A DNA stretch of 64,000 nucleotides, from NCBI GenBank assembly GCA_943355005.1, contig CALRDV010000001.1:15410-79409 (forward strand), read 5' to 3'. Shown piece by piece: positions 38,601 through 48,602 of this stretch. The number at the start of each line of letters is the position of its first letter. The first letter of the stretch is position 1. Under the pieces are notes generated by a model. That model saw only the letters and a list, made by a program, of their open reading frames with translations. It did no database searches and had not been told where the DNA came from. A program made the position numbers and the translations under genes. Origin of the DNA: Patescibacteria group bacterium (lineage in GTDB: Bacteria; Patescibacteriota; Microgenomatia; UBA1400; MFAQ01).

Positions 38601-39403
38601 CTGTTGGTGTTACCGCCGCTCAATCCATTGGAGAGCCTGGTACACAGCTAACCATGCGTACCAAACACTCTGGAGGTGTCGCCGGTGTTGACGTTACTCA
38701 AGGTCTGCCTCGTGTTACCGAACTTTTCGAAGTTCGTCAGCCGAAGCTTGTTGCTCCTATAGCCGAGATTTCAGGCAAGGTTAAAGTTGTCGAAACCGAC
38801 AATGGAAACTTAGTCACCATTACTCCTACAGGCAAGAAAGAAGATCGCAAAGAGTATCTAATTGCTCTGGCTATGCCTCTCAAGGTCGAAGATGGCGATG
38901 TTATCGCTGTTGGAACTCAATTAGCTGCCGGTGGAGTCGATATCAAGGAACTTCTCAAGATCAAAGGCTTAAGAGCTGCTCAGAACTACCTCATTGGAGA
39001 GATTCAGGCCATCTACGAGTCCCAAGGTATTGGTATTCACGACAAACACTTTGAAGTCATCGTCCGCAAGATGTGTGACTACGTCCGCATTGACTCTCTC
39101 GGAGACTCTAGTTTGGTCGCCGGTGATGTCATTAGTCGAGGCAGTTACGAAATGGCTAACGAAGGTGTTATTGCTCAAGGAGGCGAACCTGCTACCGCTA
39201 CAAACCTCATCTTGGGTACCATCCGTGCCGCTTTGCACACTGATTCGTGGCTCTCTGCTGCATCCTTCCAAGATACCACCAGTGTCCTCACCGACGCTGC
39301 TACACAAGGTAAGATCGATCACTTGGTAGGCATGAAAGAGAACGTTATTATTGGTCGCTTGGTTCCTACTAGTAAGTTGCGTGCCAGAATAGAGAATATC
39401 TGA
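35696..39403 (+). CDS. rpoC: DNA-directed RNA polymerase subunit beta'
   Basis: Zn-binding [30 protein letters not shown] catalytic motif. 1235 aa. Confidence 0.95.
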   Translation: MNNIVDFSGLQIRLASPEDIRSWSYGLVTKPETINYRTQKPEKDGLFCERIFGPTKDWECYCGKYKRVRFKGIVCDKCGVEVTLSRVRRERMGHIELSAPVAHVWFFKGAPSKLSLLLDISPKALTSVIYFSKYLVMGVNEEGREVALENVKTQMETKMNDVRTNFDKQIEDIKSQGEKEVADIKKKVKVKDELELKTEDIKVQYKQKVASLREQMVVELAFTEEIYGKLGTLVEKIQVNSLVSDSEFAKLEEYRLTDWIEAGMGSEALLEALGKVNLEELAAKLKVDLNSPSEAKKLRATKRLQVVRGLADSKIKPEWMIVKTLPVIPPDLRPMVQLSGGRFAASDLNDLYRRVINRNNRLKHLIDLGAPEIILRNEKRMLQEAVDSLIDSSQARSTRRSRTGKTLKSLSDMLRGKQGRFRQNLLGKRVDYSGRSVIVVGPELKLNQCGLPKDMALEMFKPFVLHELIKQDMAPNVKAAKALIEKRQPEVFDILEKITKKHPVLLNRAPTLHKLSIQAFWPVLVDGAAIRLHPVVCGGFNADFDGDQMAVHVPLTKKAIMEAKKHMLPMYNLVKPSAGNPVSIPDSKEMAIGVYYLTSIDTKLSMYPSPFSSPTEAITAHGAGLLNARQPIMVRMLPTDTKLFETTVGRIIFNKILPKKWGFVNHNLPRKEISAMFHRAIKELDLRRVVRLIDAVKDIGFDYSTTSGLSFAISDNEMYSGKDAFIEAGNVKAKEIEENYNSGLITNEERRKLTIQMWMDTADELAELTWQEFSEDNPVRLIIDTGMGRITKNTIKQLSAMRGIGVDPLGNMVELPTKGNFRQGLSIFEYVNSIRGSRKGLTDTALRTADAGYLTRRLVDVSHDAILRAEDCGTDEFVTIAVDDSRGKIFEKRINSRYAAKKVMNPETHKMIVDAGEVITEEIAAEITKVGVKEVEVRSPLTCKMRFGLCIKCYGNSMASNAPAVIGDPVGVTAAQSIGEPGTQLTMRTKHSGGVAGVDVTQGLPRVTELFEVRQPKLVAPIAEISGKVKVVETDNGNLVTITPTGKKEDRKEYLIALAMPLKVEDGDVIAVGTQLAAGGVDIKELLKIKGLRAAQNYLIGEIQAIYESQGIGIHDKHFEVIVRKMCDYVRIDSLGDSSLVAGDVISRGSYEMANEGVIAQGGEPATATNLILGTIRAALHTDSWLSAASFQDTTSVLTDAATQGKIDHLVGMKENVIIGRLVPTSKLRARIENI

Positions 39404-39422
39404 TAAAATACACGAGCTAACT

Positions 39423-39845
39423 ATGCCTACAACTAACCAACTAATCAAAAACGGCCGACACAACAGTGTTCGCAAAATTAAAACTACAGCTTTACGCAAA
39501 AGTTTTAACTCCGTCAAACGTCACATGGTCGCTACCATGAGTCCACAAAAAGCCGGTGTCTGTCTTCAAGTAAAGACTATGACTCCCAAGAAGCCTAACT
39601 CCGCTCTGCGTAAGATTGCCCGTGTGCGTCTTTCTAACAAGCAGGAAGTTACCGCTTACATCATGGGTGAAGGTCACAATCTTGCTGAGCACAGCATCGT
39701 CATGATTCGTGGCGGTCGTGTCCGAGATCTTCCTGGTGTTAAGTATCACATTGTTCGAGGTAAGCTCGATACCGGTGGTATCGATAAACGCCGCACTTCC
39801 AGAAGTAAATACGGTACCAAACGTCCTTCAAAAGCTAAAAAGTAA
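39423..39845 (+). CDS. rpsL: 30S ribosomal protein S12
   Basis: [12 protein letters not shown]...[10 protein letters not shown]. Confidence 0.95.
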   Translation: MPTTNQLIKNGRHNSVRKIKTTALRKSFNSVKRHMVATMSPQKAGVCLQVKTMTPKKPNSALRKIARVRLSNKQEVTAYIMGEGHNLAEHSIVMIRGGRVRDLPGVKYHIVRGKLDTGGIDKRRTSRSKYGTKRPSKAKK

Positions 39846-39865
39846 AGAAAAAAACAACCTAACAT

Positions 39866-39899
39866 GTCATTCCCGACCTGATCGGGAATCCATAAAAAT
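39866..39899 (+). repeat. Hairpin repeat GTCATTCCCGACCTGATCGGGAATC + CATAAAAAT, between rpsL and rpsG
   Basis: Same family. Confidence 0.9.
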
Positions 39900-39907
39900 A
39901 AAACAAT

Positions 39908-40384
39908 ATGAGATCAAAGAAAACCCCAGCCAAAACTATTAAACTCGACGCAGTCTTCGGTGACGCTCTTGTTCACAAGATGATCACTGGTGTTATGCAA
40001 GACGGACGCAAGTCGGTCGCTGCCAAACAAGTTTACAAAGCAATTGATCTCGTTGCAGAGCAATCCAAGAAAGACGGTATTGAATTCTTAAACGAAGCTT
40101 TGAATAACATTAAGCCAACCATCGAAGTCCGTTCCCGCCGAGTCGGAGGTGCCTCTTACCAGGTTCCTACCCCTATCCGTCCGGAAAGACGTGATTCCCT
40201 CGCTATCCGTTGGCTCATCAATGCCGCCAAGGCTCGAGGCTCCAATCCTTACCGAACTTTAGCTGACAAGCTCGCTGCCGAAATCATGGAAGCTCATGAA
40301 AATGCCGGAAATGCCATCAAAAAGAAACTAGACACTCACAAAATGGCCGAAGCCAATAAAGCCTTTGCACACTTCCGCTGGTAG
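39908..40384 (+). CDS. rpsG: 30S ribosomal protein S7
   Basis: 158 aa, ...EVRSRRVGGASYQVP..., KMAEANKAFAHFRW. Confidence 0.95.
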   Translation: MRSKKTPAKTIKLDAVFGDALVHKMITGVMQDGRKSVAAKQVYKAIDLVAEQSKKDGIEFLNEALNNIKPTIEVRSRRVGGASYQVPTPIRPERRDSLAIRWLINAAKARGSNPYRTLADKLAAEIMEAHENAGNAIKKKLDTHKMAEANKAFAHFRW

Positions 40385-40391
40385 TCCCTCC

Positions 40392-40433
40392 CAGAGGAGT
40401 CTCCTTGTAGGTAATCCTGCGAGGAGACTCCTC
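40392..40433 (+). other. Long hairpin (11-bp stem GAGGAGTCTCC / GGAGACTCCTC) directly after the rpsG stop
   Basis: No U-tract. Followed 20 nt later by a canonical terminator. Confidence 0.5.
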
Positions 40434-40450
40434 ACATTGGTCCCTATCCC

Positions 40451-40480
40451 AAAAACTCCCGCTTCAGGCGGGATTTTTGG
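40451..40480 (+). terminator. Rho-independent terminator after rpsG (start of island A)
   Basis: CTCCCGC-ttca-GGCGGGA-TTTTTGG. Confidence 0.8.
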
Positions 40481-40497
40481 TATTATAAGACAATATG

Positions 40498-40506
40498 TGA
40501 TATAAT
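40498..40506 (+). promoter_or_regulatory. extended -10 TGaTATAAT + ATCTCC (cassette promoter)
   Basis: T-tract of the upstream terminator abuts the -10. Consensus with other cassettes: TATAATATCCCAGAAC. Confidence 0.5.
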
Positions 40507-40547
40507 ATCTCCAAAGCACATTATCTTAATCTCGATTGGAGGCTATT

Positions 40548-40817
40548 TTGGAAAATAAATTGATTCTTATGCTGGACGAGGGCACTATTGGTCTTATTCT
40601 GCCCGGAGATAAGTTGTTGGTAATCGAATGCAACACAGTTGCCAGCATGGGAAGAATTCCTGAAGATAAGTACTTTATTCACCCCAAAGATTTGGCAAGT
40701 CTCCCTGCGGAAGTTAAAATAGCCATCAACGCCGTATGTGTATCGCATGGCATAACTTCACCTTTTGAGAGGTTTGTCGCAGAATCTTCCGTCAGAAGTC
40801 CAGGATCCTACGATTGA
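40548..40817 (+). CDS. cassette A1: hypothetical small protein (start TTG 40548 after GGAGG; alternatives 40536/40569)
   Basis: GGAGG at 40538-40542, 5 nt before the TTG. Confidence 0.45.
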   Translation: MENKLILMLDEGTIGLILPGDKLLVIECNTVASMGRIPEDKYFIHPKDLASLPAEVKIAINAVCVSHGITSPFERFVAESSVRSPGSYD

Positions 40818-40823
40818 TAAAAT

Positions 40824-40850
40824 AGCACCCTCATCTAGAGGGTGTTTTTA
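40824..40850 (+). terminator. Rho-independent terminator
   Basis: CACCCTC-atcta-GAGGGTG-TTTTT. Immediately followed by TATAAT 40855-40860 + ATCCCAT. Confidence 0.8.
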
Positions 40851-40907
40851 TTGGTATAATATCCCATATAAGTATTGCACGTTCATTCTAAAACCAAGGA
40901 GGTTTCC

Positions 40908-41474
40908 ATGGGAATATTTCAAGGTCATCAAGTTTTGGCTCTTGTTGTTGATATTTTTTGGCCGCTCATTACGGCCATTTCAATTAGGTTTTTAACGAAA
41001 GCTCATACAAGACCAAATCGTAGATTGATGTATTGGGAGCTACCCATTATTTACATTATCATTTTGTTTCTTCCCAACTCGGTATACGCCATGTTGGAAT
41101 TGAAACATTTGTTGATGGTAGATACGGTAGCGGATATTCCAAACATCTGGTCCTTTATTGTTTTTGGCGGAATCTCTCTATTTGGATATCTGGTGACTCT
41201 TTATCAGAATATTCTAATTGCGAATTTTTTTACCAAAACTAAAACAGGCCACATGAAAGCATTTGCTCTTCTATCGATTGTCGGTGGTTTTGGTGGTGTT
41301 GCGGGTCTGTTAAATTTTAATAGTTACGAGGGAATTCTGACCCCACAGGTTTTGTATCTCATTACTAAGATGATTTTTCACCACCCGGTACTGATCGTTC
41401 TTGGAATTGGTGTTTCGGTGTTTATCTTTTTATCTACAGTTTTAGTGCGTCGCATTCAAAAGCCTTCCTCTTAA
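40908..41474 (+). CDS. cassette A2: polytopic membrane protein (188 aa, ~6 TM)
   Basis: SD AAGGAGG at 40896-40902, 5 nt before the ATG. The ORF-track N-extension is discarded. Confidence 0.6.
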   Translation: MGIFQGHQVLALVVDIFWPLITAISIRFLTKAHTRPNRRLMYWELPIIYIIILFLPNSVYAMLELKHLLMVDTVADIPNIWSFIVFGGISLFGYLVTLYQNILIANFFTKTKTGHMKAFALLSIVGGFGGVAGLLNFNSYEGILTPQVLYLITKMIFHHPVLIVLGIGVSVFIFLSTVLVRRIQKPSS

Positions 41475-41491
41475 CAGGAAGGTTTTTTTAT
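41463..41491 (+). terminator. Rho-independent terminator (stop codon in loop)
   Basis: CCTTCC-tcttaaca-GGAAGG-TTTTTTT. Confidence 0.8.
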
Positions 41492-41611
41492 TCCAAGATA
41501 TATCTATACTACAAATAAAATAGGTAGTATATTAATGTCTCTGGAGGAAAAATATAGAATCTACTTGTGTAGTTAAACTTTGTTTCCAAATGTTCTTTAA
41601 AAAGGAGATTA

Positions 41612-42184
41612 ATGAAAAAGACATTTTCTTTTGTGATGATTTCTGTATGTGCAACTCTGCTCATTTCCTGTACCGCAGTATTTTCTTCACTTGGCTACGT
41701 TCCCAGAGCAGATCTGGACGCCGCCACTAAGCAAGTTAGTGATTTAAATACCAAGCTGACTACGGCAAATACCGAGATCGAGAAGTTGAAGACCGGTAAT
41801 GCCGAGAAAGATGTAAAACTCACGGACTATCAAAGCCAAATAACCGAAGCCCAGTCCGACCTTACCAAGATTAAAAATCAGCTTTCTCAATCGGACCTCA
41901 CGCTCGAAGATTGGAAATCACTTCAGTGCGAACAAGACTGGGATATGCTTTGGTACAAAGCCATTTTCAGCTGGCCTCTCACGGATTATTCCAACCTGCC
42001 GGACTACTTTCATTACTATATTGCAGTGACTCAGTGGTCCACCGATCCAAAATGGCAATTGGACGATTCGAAGGCTTTTTCGGTTGTCCTTTTCGATCGG
42101 GATAACGATCAATCCATGGCGATTGACACGGTCAATGACTGTGTGATCTTGAATCCGGATGTGTTCGATTTTTTAGAAAAATAG
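41612..42184 (+). CDS. cassette A3: lipoprotein (lipobox LLISC) with coiled-coil region
   Basis: MKKTFSFVMISVCATLLISC. SD AAGGAG 5 nt upstream. Confidence 0.65.
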   Translation: MKKTFSFVMISVCATLLISCTAVFSSLGYVPRADLDAATKQVSDLNTKLTTANTEIEKLKTGNAEKDVKLTDYQSQITEAQSDLTKIKNQLSQSDLTLEDWKSLQCEQDWDMLWYKAIFSWPLTDYSNLPDYFHYYIAVTQWSTDPKWQLDDSKAFSVVLFDRDNDQSMAIDTVNDCVILNPDVFDFLEK

Positions 42185-42223
42185 ACACGGTGCAAGCCAA
42201 AGCTCCTTCACCCTAATCCATTA

Positions 42224-42250
42224 TCGGCCGCTCACGCGGCCGGTTTTTTA
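42224..42250 (+). terminator. Rho-independent terminator
   Basis: GGCCGC-tcac-GCGGCC-GGTTTTTT. Followed by GAGATAATCACCCCAG, a promoter-like sequence. Confidence 0.8.
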
Positions 42251-42304
42251 TATGAGATAATCACCCCAGTACTTTGACTAAATCTTTTTGTTTAAGGAGA
42301 TCTC

Positions 42305-43765
42305 ATGAAACCCAGTCTCAAATTGCTAGATCACGATCTTGTATTGCGGGTTGTTCGCGAAGCCTTTTCGTTGCTTATGAAGCCGGGAATTAAAGTTCAG
42401 AACTTGGAAGCCCGCCAATTACTTACCTCTGCCGGTGCCACAGTAAACGAAGAAACTCAGGTTGTTCAAATTCCTGAATATGTCGTTCGTCTGGCGCTGA
42501 ACTCGGTTCCTTCAGAATTTTGGCTTTATGATCTGGCCGGGAAACCTACTGTTCACTACGGTGGAGACTCAGTCCACTTTGATCCGGGTTCTTCCGGCAT
42601 CAATATTCTGGATCCGGAAACTCTTGAACATCGTGAAGCTACAACTGCTGACTTGATTCGAATTATCAAAGTCGCCGAAGGTATTCCTCAGTACGACGCC
42701 CAGTCCACTGCCGTCGTCTGTAGCGATGTCCCCCAGGAGATTCAGGATTTGTATCGACTTTATCTCGTCCTTCTTCACTCATCCAAGCCAATTGTTACCG
42801 GCGCATTTTCTAACAAGAACATCGGCAACATGATTGAGATGCTCGCTATCATGTCCGGCAGTGCCGGAAATCTTCGGCGTTATCCTCGAGCTGTCTTTGA
42901 TGTTTGTCCGTCTCCTCCTCTCATCTGGTCAAACTTTGGTGCCGGCAATCTCATGGCTCTCGCTCGAGCCGGTGTTCCGGCCGAAATGATTTCGATGCCC
43001 ATCGCCGGTGCCGCTGCTCCCGTAACCCTTATCGGTTCCGTTGTTCAGCACACGGCCGAGTCGCTCGCCGGCATCGTCATTCATCAGCTGGCCTATCCCG
43101 GTTCTCCCATTGTCTGGGGCGGAGCTCCTGCCATTATGGACATGCGCAAGGGTAGCACTCCCATGGGTGCCATCGAGACTGCCATGATCGATTGTTCATA
43201 CGCCCAGGTTGGTAAATATCTTGGTGTTCCTACCCACACTTATTTGGGAGGAAGTGACGCCAAGTCGGTCGACGCTCAAGCCGGGCTCGAAGGAGCCATG
43301 TCCATTCTCATCGGCGCCCTCAGTGGTGTCAATATGATTTCCGGCGCCGGCATGATCGACTCACTTCTTTGCATGAGTCCGGAAAAGCTGGTTATTGATG
43401 CCGAATCCATTGCTATGGCTCGTCGCATGCTAGTAGGAATGAAAACACCCACAGACACTTTGGCTACCGGATTTTACGAAGGAGTCAATTTTAAAGGCGG
43501 AGATTTCCTTAAGCAGCGCATCACCATGCAACTTTTCCAGCAGGAGCAAAATCTTCCCGGTCGCGTCATCGATCGAGGCTCCACTCGCGAATGGAAAAAT
43601 TCGGGTAAATTGGACACATTTGGCCGGGCCAAGCTCGAAGTCAAAAAGCTTGTGGCTTCGTACCAATATCCAGACCTAAATCTCGCTCGCGAAGCTGCCT
43701 TGCACCACTTTGTCCGCAATCTGGCCAAAAAAGCCGGCGTGACCAATCTCCCGACTCTCGAATAA
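42305..43765 (+). CDS. cassette A4: MttB-superfamily (trimethylamine/glycine-betaine:corrinoid) methyltransferase homolog, no in-frame amber
   Basis: 486 aa. Matches MttB-family blocks: ...HTAESLAGIVIHQLAYPGSPIVWGGAP...GSDAKSVDAQAGLEGAMS...SGAGMIDS...SPEKLVIDAE... SD AAGGAGA. Confidence 0.65.
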   Translation: MKPSLKLLDHDLVLRVVREAFSLLMKPGIKVQNLEARQLLTSAGATVNEETQVVQIPEYVVRLALNSVPSEFWLYDLAGKPTVHYGGDSVHFDPGSSGINILDPETLEHREATTADLIRIIKVAEGIPQYDAQSTAVVCSDVPQEIQDLYRLYLVLLHSSKPIVTGAFSNKNIGNMIEMLAIMSGSAGNLRRYPRAVFDVCPSPPLIWSNFGAGNLMALARAGVPAEMISMPIAGAAAPVTLIGSVVQHTAESLAGIVIHQLAYPGSPIVWGGAPAIMDMRKGSTPMGAIETAMIDCSYAQVGKYLGVPTHTYLGGSDAKSVDAQAGLEGAMSILIGALSGVNMISGAGMIDSLLCMSPEKLVIDAESIAMARRMLVGMKTPTDTLATGFYEGVNFKGGDFLKQRITMQLFQQEQNLPGRVIDRGSTREWKNSGKLDTFGRAKLEVKKLVASYQYPDLNLAREAALHHFVRNLAKKAGVTNLPTLE

Positions 43766-43771
43766 TCATCT

Positions 43772-43804
43772 GTCATTGCGAGCGCTGCGCGGCAATCTAC
43801 CTGC
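43772..43804 (+). repeat. Hairpin repeat GTCATTGCGAGCGCTGCGCGGCAATCTACCTGC
   Basis: Same GTCATTGCGAG...GGCAATCTACCTGC family as 30017/30087. Confidence 0.85.
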
Positions 43805-43821
43805 TATAAAACTTCTCCCTC

Positions 43822-43850
43822 CACCCCGTCTAAACAGCGGGGTTTTTATT
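43822..43850 (+). terminator. Rho-independent terminator
   Basis: CCCCG-tctaaacag-CGGGG-TTTTTATT. Confidence 0.75.
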
Positions 43851-43930
43851 GGCCTATAGTTGATTTACACCCCAGTTTTTGATAGAATACCCCAAAGTTT
43901 AACTCTTTAATAACTAAATGGAGGTGACCC

Positions 43931-44296
43931 GTGTGGCACTCGATTATGCGCTTTTTTAAGTCTTTCGGGAAAAAACCGGTTCAAAAAAAAGATAACGTAG
44001 TTCTTGTGAACATCGATTATCAGCCGGATTTTTTCTTCCTTCCCACTCATTTTTCCGGCAACGACCCGATCAGACAAATTTCAGAACGGGATCTGGATCT
44101 TTTGCTCAGATGGTACTCAGGTGTTCCCTCAACTCCCGATCCGATTTGGGATGCAATTATGCGAGGTGATGAGGAGCGCCCTTTACCGGCAGTTACCGAC
44201 CTGAACCAAGCTATACAAGACATGGAGACAATGTGGCTGAACAAGGGAAATCTCCCTGACGCAGAAATATTCAAAGCCTTCAAACCGGAGATCTAA
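43931..44296 (+). CDS. cassette A5: hypothetical protein (121 aa, GTG start after GGAGGTGA)
   Basis: SD GGAGGT 6 nt upstream. Confidence 0.5.
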   Translation: MWHSIMRFFKSFGKKPVQKKDNVVLVNIDYQPDFFFLPTHFSGNDPIRQISERDLDLLLRWYSGVPSTPDPIWDAIMRGDEERPLPAVTDLNQAIQDMETMWLNKGNLPDAEIFKAFKPEI

Positions 44297-44297
44297 A

Positions 44298-44648
44298 ATG
44301 GATACCGAAGATGTTCTTATACTTCTGGCATTATTATTACTGCTCGTTATCGTTTTCTTGGTAATTGGATTGGGGACCCAAAGTTCCCCCGGTGTAGAAA
44401 AGCTTCCTAATGGACAAATTTTTGTCCCTGACGGTGCAACTCTTCGAGAGTATAACTCCCTGTCAAAAATGTTTTACTCAATCACCCCTCAAGGGGACAC
44501 TGTCACTATCAATCTTATAGTTGATATGAAAGTTAAGCTCTGTGACCCCAATTGCACTAAAGAAGTTTGGACAGGCTTTATTAGTTGGACCTTCGAAAAA
44601 GTCCCGGGAGGCATAAACGTCACCCCTCCATTTGCTTCTGTTCCCTAG
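44298..44648 (+). CDS. cassette A6: signal-anchored small protein (116 aa)
   Basis: Starts 1 nt after the A5 stop. TM LILLALLLLLVIVFLVIGL. Confidence 0.5.
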   Translation: MDTEDVLILLALLLLLVIVFLVIGLGTQSSPGVEKLPNGQIFVPDGATLREYNSLSKMFYSITPQGDTVTINLIVDMKVKLCDPNCTKEVWTGFISWTFEKVPGGINVTPPFASVP

Positions 44649-44671
44649 CTTTAGCCTCGCCTTCACCATCC

Positions 44672-44713
44672 GTCATTGCGAATCTCGTACTCGAGCTGTG
44701 GCAATCTCACTCC
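44672..44713 (+). repeat. Hairpin repeat GTCATTGCGAATCTCGTACTCGAGCTGTGGCAATCTCACTCC
   Basis: Near-identical to the 62948 copy. Contains the nested palindrome CTCGtaCTCGAG. Confidence 0.85.
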
Positions 44714-44716
44714 ACC

Positions 44717-44746
44717 CACCCCGTCTAACCAACGGGGTTTTATTTT
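44717..44746 (+). terminator. Rho-independent terminator
   Basis: CCCCG-tctaaccaa-CGGGG-TTTTATTTTATT. Confidence 0.75.
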
Positions 44747-44747
44747 A

Positions 44748-45041
44748 TTAACACATATCGGCCACCATCGGCATCACCTCAATGCACGGCGTTCCCCAGC
44801 TATGATTCTTCAGAATAAATTCATGTATATCTGTCAATTTAATTTTGGTCGTCTTCAAACTAATCAAAACCACTTCTTCCCCCGAAGCCCCCTTCGGTCC
44901 CGGATACATAAGGAATGTGGGTGTAATCTTCGCCGTGCCACACAGTTCTTTATCCAGCATCTCTTTACAAAGTTTCTCTGCCTCTTTCTTGGTCGGGCAG
45001 GGGATATTGATAACCACCGGATCCATATCACTTATATTCAT
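44748..45041 (-). CDS. cutA: CutA1-like divalent-cation tolerance protein (PII-like fold)
   Basis: ...CGTAKITPTFLMYPGP..EEVVLISLKTT....HSWGTPCIEVMPM parallels the CutA pattern (C..i.p.i.siY.WkG...EeevllllKT...HpYEvPEiialpi). Confidence 0.55.
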   Translation of the reverse strand: MNISDMDPVVINIPCPTKKEAEKLCKEMLDKELCGTAKITPTFLMYPGPKGASGEEVVLISLKTTKIKLTDIHEFILKNHSWGTPCIEVMPMVADMC

Positions 45042-45193
45042 ACCTGTATTTTTTCACCAAGGTCTTTAATAAGCAATCTTTTTATACATGGCGTCATTCG
45101 AGTGATTATGGTAAAATTAGCCTCGTGAATAACTCTCCTTCAGTGGGGAGGTTTAATTCGTCAAAATAATTAATCAATAACCAATAACCAAAA

Positions 45194-47317
45194 ATGGCCG
45201 CTCCTACAGGAAAAAAAGTCCCTCTAGACCGTGTTAGAAACACCGGTATTATCGCTCATATCGACGCAGGTAAAACCACAACCACAGAACGAATTCTTTT
45301 TTACACCGGTAAGTCCTACAAAATTGGTGATATTGACGAAGGCAACACCCAGATGGACTGGATGGAGCAAGAGAAGGAACGCGGCATAACCATCGTTTCC
45401 GCTGCTACCACCGCTTTCTGGACTCCTGTACTTCCTAATGCCCGCTTCAAAGAAGAGCACCGCTTCAACATCATCGATACTCCGGGTCACGTCGACTTTA
45501 CCGCCGAAGTTGAGCGCTCTCTCCGCGTTCTAGATGGGGGAGTCATCGTCTTGGATGCCGGTTCAGGTGTTCAGTCTCAAACTGAAACTGTCTGGCGCCA
45601 AGCAGACAAGTACAAAGTTCCTCGTATTGCTTTCATCAATAAAATGGACGTTTTGGGTGCCGACTACATGGCTACCATCAATGACGTTCATGAGAAGCTA
45701 GGTGCCAAGACTGCTGTCATGGCTCTACCTCTCGGTGTCGAAAACACTTTCCGTGGCATTATTATGCTTTTGGAAAGACAGACCATCATTTGGAAAGGTG
45801 ATGAGACAGGCGCTCTCTACGAAGTTACCGAAGGCTTCCCTGAAGACATGAAAGACGAATGCGAGCTCGAGCGCGCTAAGCTCATCGAGTCCATCGTTGA
45901 ATTTGACGAAGTTCTGATGGGTGAGTACCTCGAAGGCAAAGAGCCTTCTATGGACGCTCTCAAAGCCGCTCTCCGCGTCGCTACCTGTGCCAATCAAATC
46001 GTGCCTGTCTTCCCTGGTTCCTCACTCCGCAACAAAGGTGTTCAGCCTCTTCTTGATGCTGTCGTCGACTTCCTCCCTTCACCTCTCGACAAGCCAACCA
46101 TCACCGGTACCGATCCTGAAACCAACGAAGAAGTCACCCGCAAGGCTGATCCTTCTGAGCCTTTTTCAGGCTTAGCTTTCAAAATTCAAGCCGATCCTCA
46201 TGTGGGTAAGCTCACCTACGTCCGTGTATACTCCGGCAAAATTGCTTCAGGCTCATTTGTCTACAACGCCAGTAAAGGCGAAAGAGAGCGTTTGGGACGC
46301 CTCATGCTTATGCATGCGAACACCCGAGAAGAAGTCGCCGAGGCTACCGCGGGTGAAATCGTCGGTGTCGTAGGTTTAAAAATGACCAAAACAGGTGATA
46401 CTCTCTGTGACGAAAACCATCAGCTGGTTCTCGAATCCATCAACTTCCCTGATCCTGTTATCTCTCTGGCTATCGAGCCGAAGACCAAAGCCGATCAAGA
46501 AAAGCTTGATCTCGCTCTAAGTCGTTTAGCCGAAGAAGATCCTACCTTCAGAATCAAAACCGACCACGAAACCGGTCAAACTGTCATCTCAGGCATGGGT
46601 GAGCTTCACCTTGAAATCTTGGTTGATCGTTTACGCCGTGAATTCAAAGTCGATGCTTCTACCGGTGCTCCTCAGGTCGCTTACCGTGAAACCGTTACCA
46701 AAACCGCTCAAGGCGAAGGTAAATTCATCCGTCAGTCGGGTGGACGCGGTCAATACGGTCACTGTATTCTTATTGTTACTCCCAAGTCTAGAGGCGAAGG
46801 GTTTACCTTCACCAACAAGGTCGTTGGAGGCTCTATTCCTAAAGAATTCATCGGACCTATCGAAAAAGGTGTCCGCGAAGCTTTGGACAATGGCTTAATT
46901 GCCGGTTTCCCCATGGTTGATCTCGATGTCGCTGTTATAGATGGAAGTTACCACGACGTTGACTCTTCCGAAATGTCCTTCAAGATTGCCGGTTCTATGG
47001 CTCTTCAAGACGCCGTCAAGAATGCTTCACCTGTCATCCTCGAGCCCATTATGAAGGTTGAAGTCACTACTCCTGAAGCCAACATGGGTGACATCATTGG
47101 TGATCTTTCCAGTCGCAGAGCTCAAATTGGTGGCACCGCCCAGCGTGGAAATGCCCGCGTTATAACTGCTACAGTGCCCCTTTCCGAGCTTTCCGCTTAC
47201 TCGACTGCTATCCGTTCTCTCACCGCGGGACGTGCCAACTACTATATGGAGCCTTCCCATTATCAAGACCTTCCTGCTAGCTTGGCCGCAAAGCTATTGA
47301 AATCTCCGACGAACTAG
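45194..47317 (+). CDS. fusA: elongation factor G
   Basis: [24 protein letters not shown]...[13 protein letters not shown]. Confidence 0.95.
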   Translation: MAAPTGKKVPLDRVRNTGIIAHIDAGKTTTTERILFYTGKSYKIGDIDEGNTQMDWMEQEKERGITIVSAATTAFWTPVLPNARFKEEHRFNIIDTPGHVDFTAEVERSLRVLDGGVIVLDAGSGVQSQTETVWRQADKYKVPRIAFINKMDVLGADYMATINDVHEKLGAKTAVMALPLGVENTFRGIIMLLERQTIIWKGDETGALYEVTEGFPEDMKDECELERAKLIESIVEFDEVLMGEYLEGKEPSMDALKAALRVATCANQIVPVFPGSSLRNKGVQPLLDAVVDFLPSPLDKPTITGTDPETNEEVTRKADPSEPFSGLAFKIQADPHVGKLTYVRVYSGKIASGSFVYNASKGERERLGRLMLMHANTREEVAEATAGEIVGVVGLKMTKTGDTLCDENHQLVLESINFPDPVISLAIEPKTKADQEKLDLALSRLAEEDPTFRIKTDHETGQTVISGMGELHLEILVDRLRREFKVDASTGAPQVAYRETVTKTAQGEGKFIRQSGGRGQYGHCILIVTPKSRGEGFTFTNKVVGGSIPKEFIGPIEKGVREALDNGLIAGFPMVDLDVAVIDGSYHDVDSSEMSFKIAGSMALQDAVKNASPVILEPIMKVEVTTPEANMGDIIGDLSSRRAQIGGTAQRGNARVITATVPLSELSAYSTAIRSLTAGRANYYMEPSHYQDLPASLAAKLLKSPTN

Positions 47318-47384
47318 CGTAAAATCTGCTAAAATAAATAGTCCCAAAAAAGCAATTACAAAATAATTATAAAAATAAAATAAA

Positions 47385-48560
47385 ATGGCAACATTCCAAA
47401 GAACCAAGCCCCACGTTAATATTGGCACCATCGGTCACGTCGATCACGGCAAGACCACATTAACCGCCGCTATTACCACCACTTTAGCTGGACAAGGTCT
47501 AGCCGAAGCTCTTCCTTTTGATCAAATCGATAAATCTCCTGAAGAGAGAGAGCGCGGAGTTACAATTCAAATTTCCCACGTTCCTTACGAAACCAAGAAA
47601 CGTCACTACGCTCACATCGACTGTCCGGGTCACCGCGATTACATCAAGAACATGATTACTGGTGCCGCCCAGATGGATGGTGCTATTCTAGTCGTCGCCG
47701 CTACCGATGGTCCTATGCCTCAAACCAACGAGCACTTGCTCTTGGCCAAACAGGTCAACGTTCCTCGCTTAGTCGTCGCTTTAAACAAATGTGACGCTGT
47801 TTCAGATCCTGAGCTCATTGAGCTCGTCGAGATGGAAATTCGCGAGAAATTGGTTAAATACGGTTTTGAAGAGAACACTCCTATTGTCCGCGTCTCCGCT
47901 CTAAAAGCTCTCGAAGGCGACAAAGAAGCCCAAGCTCAAATCATGACTCTCATGGACACAGTTGACGAATGGATTCCAGATCCAGTTCGCGAACTCGACA
48001 AGCCTTTCCTTATGCCTGTTGAAGATGTTTTCTCAATCAAAGGTCGCGGCACTGTCGTTACCGGACGTATTGAGACCGGAGTCATCAAGGTTGGTGAAGA
48101 AATCGAAATTGTCGGTATCAAAGACACTGCTAAATCAGTTGTCACCGGAGTCGAGATGTTCCACCAGCAGCTAGAACAAGGTCAAGCAGGCGACAACGTC
48201 GGTCTACTTCTCCGCGGAATTGAAAAAGATGACGTCCAAAGAGGACAAGTCTTAGCCAAAACCGGTTCCATCAAACCTCACACCAAGTTCGAAGCCGAAG
48301 CTTATATCTTAGGCAAAGACGAAGGTGGTCGCCACACTCCTATGTTCACTGGTTACAAACCTCAGTTCTTCATCCGAACCACTGACGTTACCGGAGAAGT
48401 GAAGCTCGCCGAAGGTGTAGAGATGATCATGCCTGGTGACAACGCCAAAATGACCGTTGAACTCATTCAACCAATTGCTATGACTGAAGGCCAGAAATTC
48501 GCTATCCGCGAAGGTGGACTCACAGTTGGAGCAGGTGTTATTACCAAGATTATCGCTTAA
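47385..48560 (+). CDS. tuf: elongation factor Tu
   Basis: [20 protein letters not shown]...[26 protein letters not shown]. Confidence 0.97.
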   Translation: MATFQRTKPHVNIGTIGHVDHGKTTLTAAITTTLAGQGLAEALPFDQIDKSPEERERGVTIQISHVPYETKKRHYAHIDCPGHRDYIKNMITGAAQMDGAILVVAATDGPMPQTNEHLLLAKQVNVPRLVVALNKCDAVSDPELIELVEMEIREKLVKYGFEENTPIVRVSALKALEGDKEAQAQIMTLMDTVDEWIPDPVRELDKPFLMPVEDVFSIKGRGTVVTGRIETGVIKVGEEIEIVGIKDTAKSVVTGVEMFHQQLEQGQAGDNVGLLLRGIEKDDVQRGQVLAKTGSIKPHTKFEAEAYILGKDEGGRHTPMFTGYKPQFFIRTTDVTGEVKLAEGVEMIMPGDNAKMTVELIQPIAMTEGQKFAIREGGLTVGAGVITKIIA

Positions 48561-48602
48561 AGTTTCAATAGAAATTAGCACCTTTATTCTTCTTAACAAT
48601 AT

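Noticed and set aside
32253-39517. Numerous 60-180-aa antisense/alternate-frame ORFs within rpoB and rpoC (e.g. 38969-39517 minus)
   Set aside because: Embedded in highly conserved genes. No independent signals.
44676-45128. 150-aa plus-strand ORF
   Set aside because: Shadow of the minus-strand cutA gene and crosses a terminator. Product is low-complexity His/Arg-rich.
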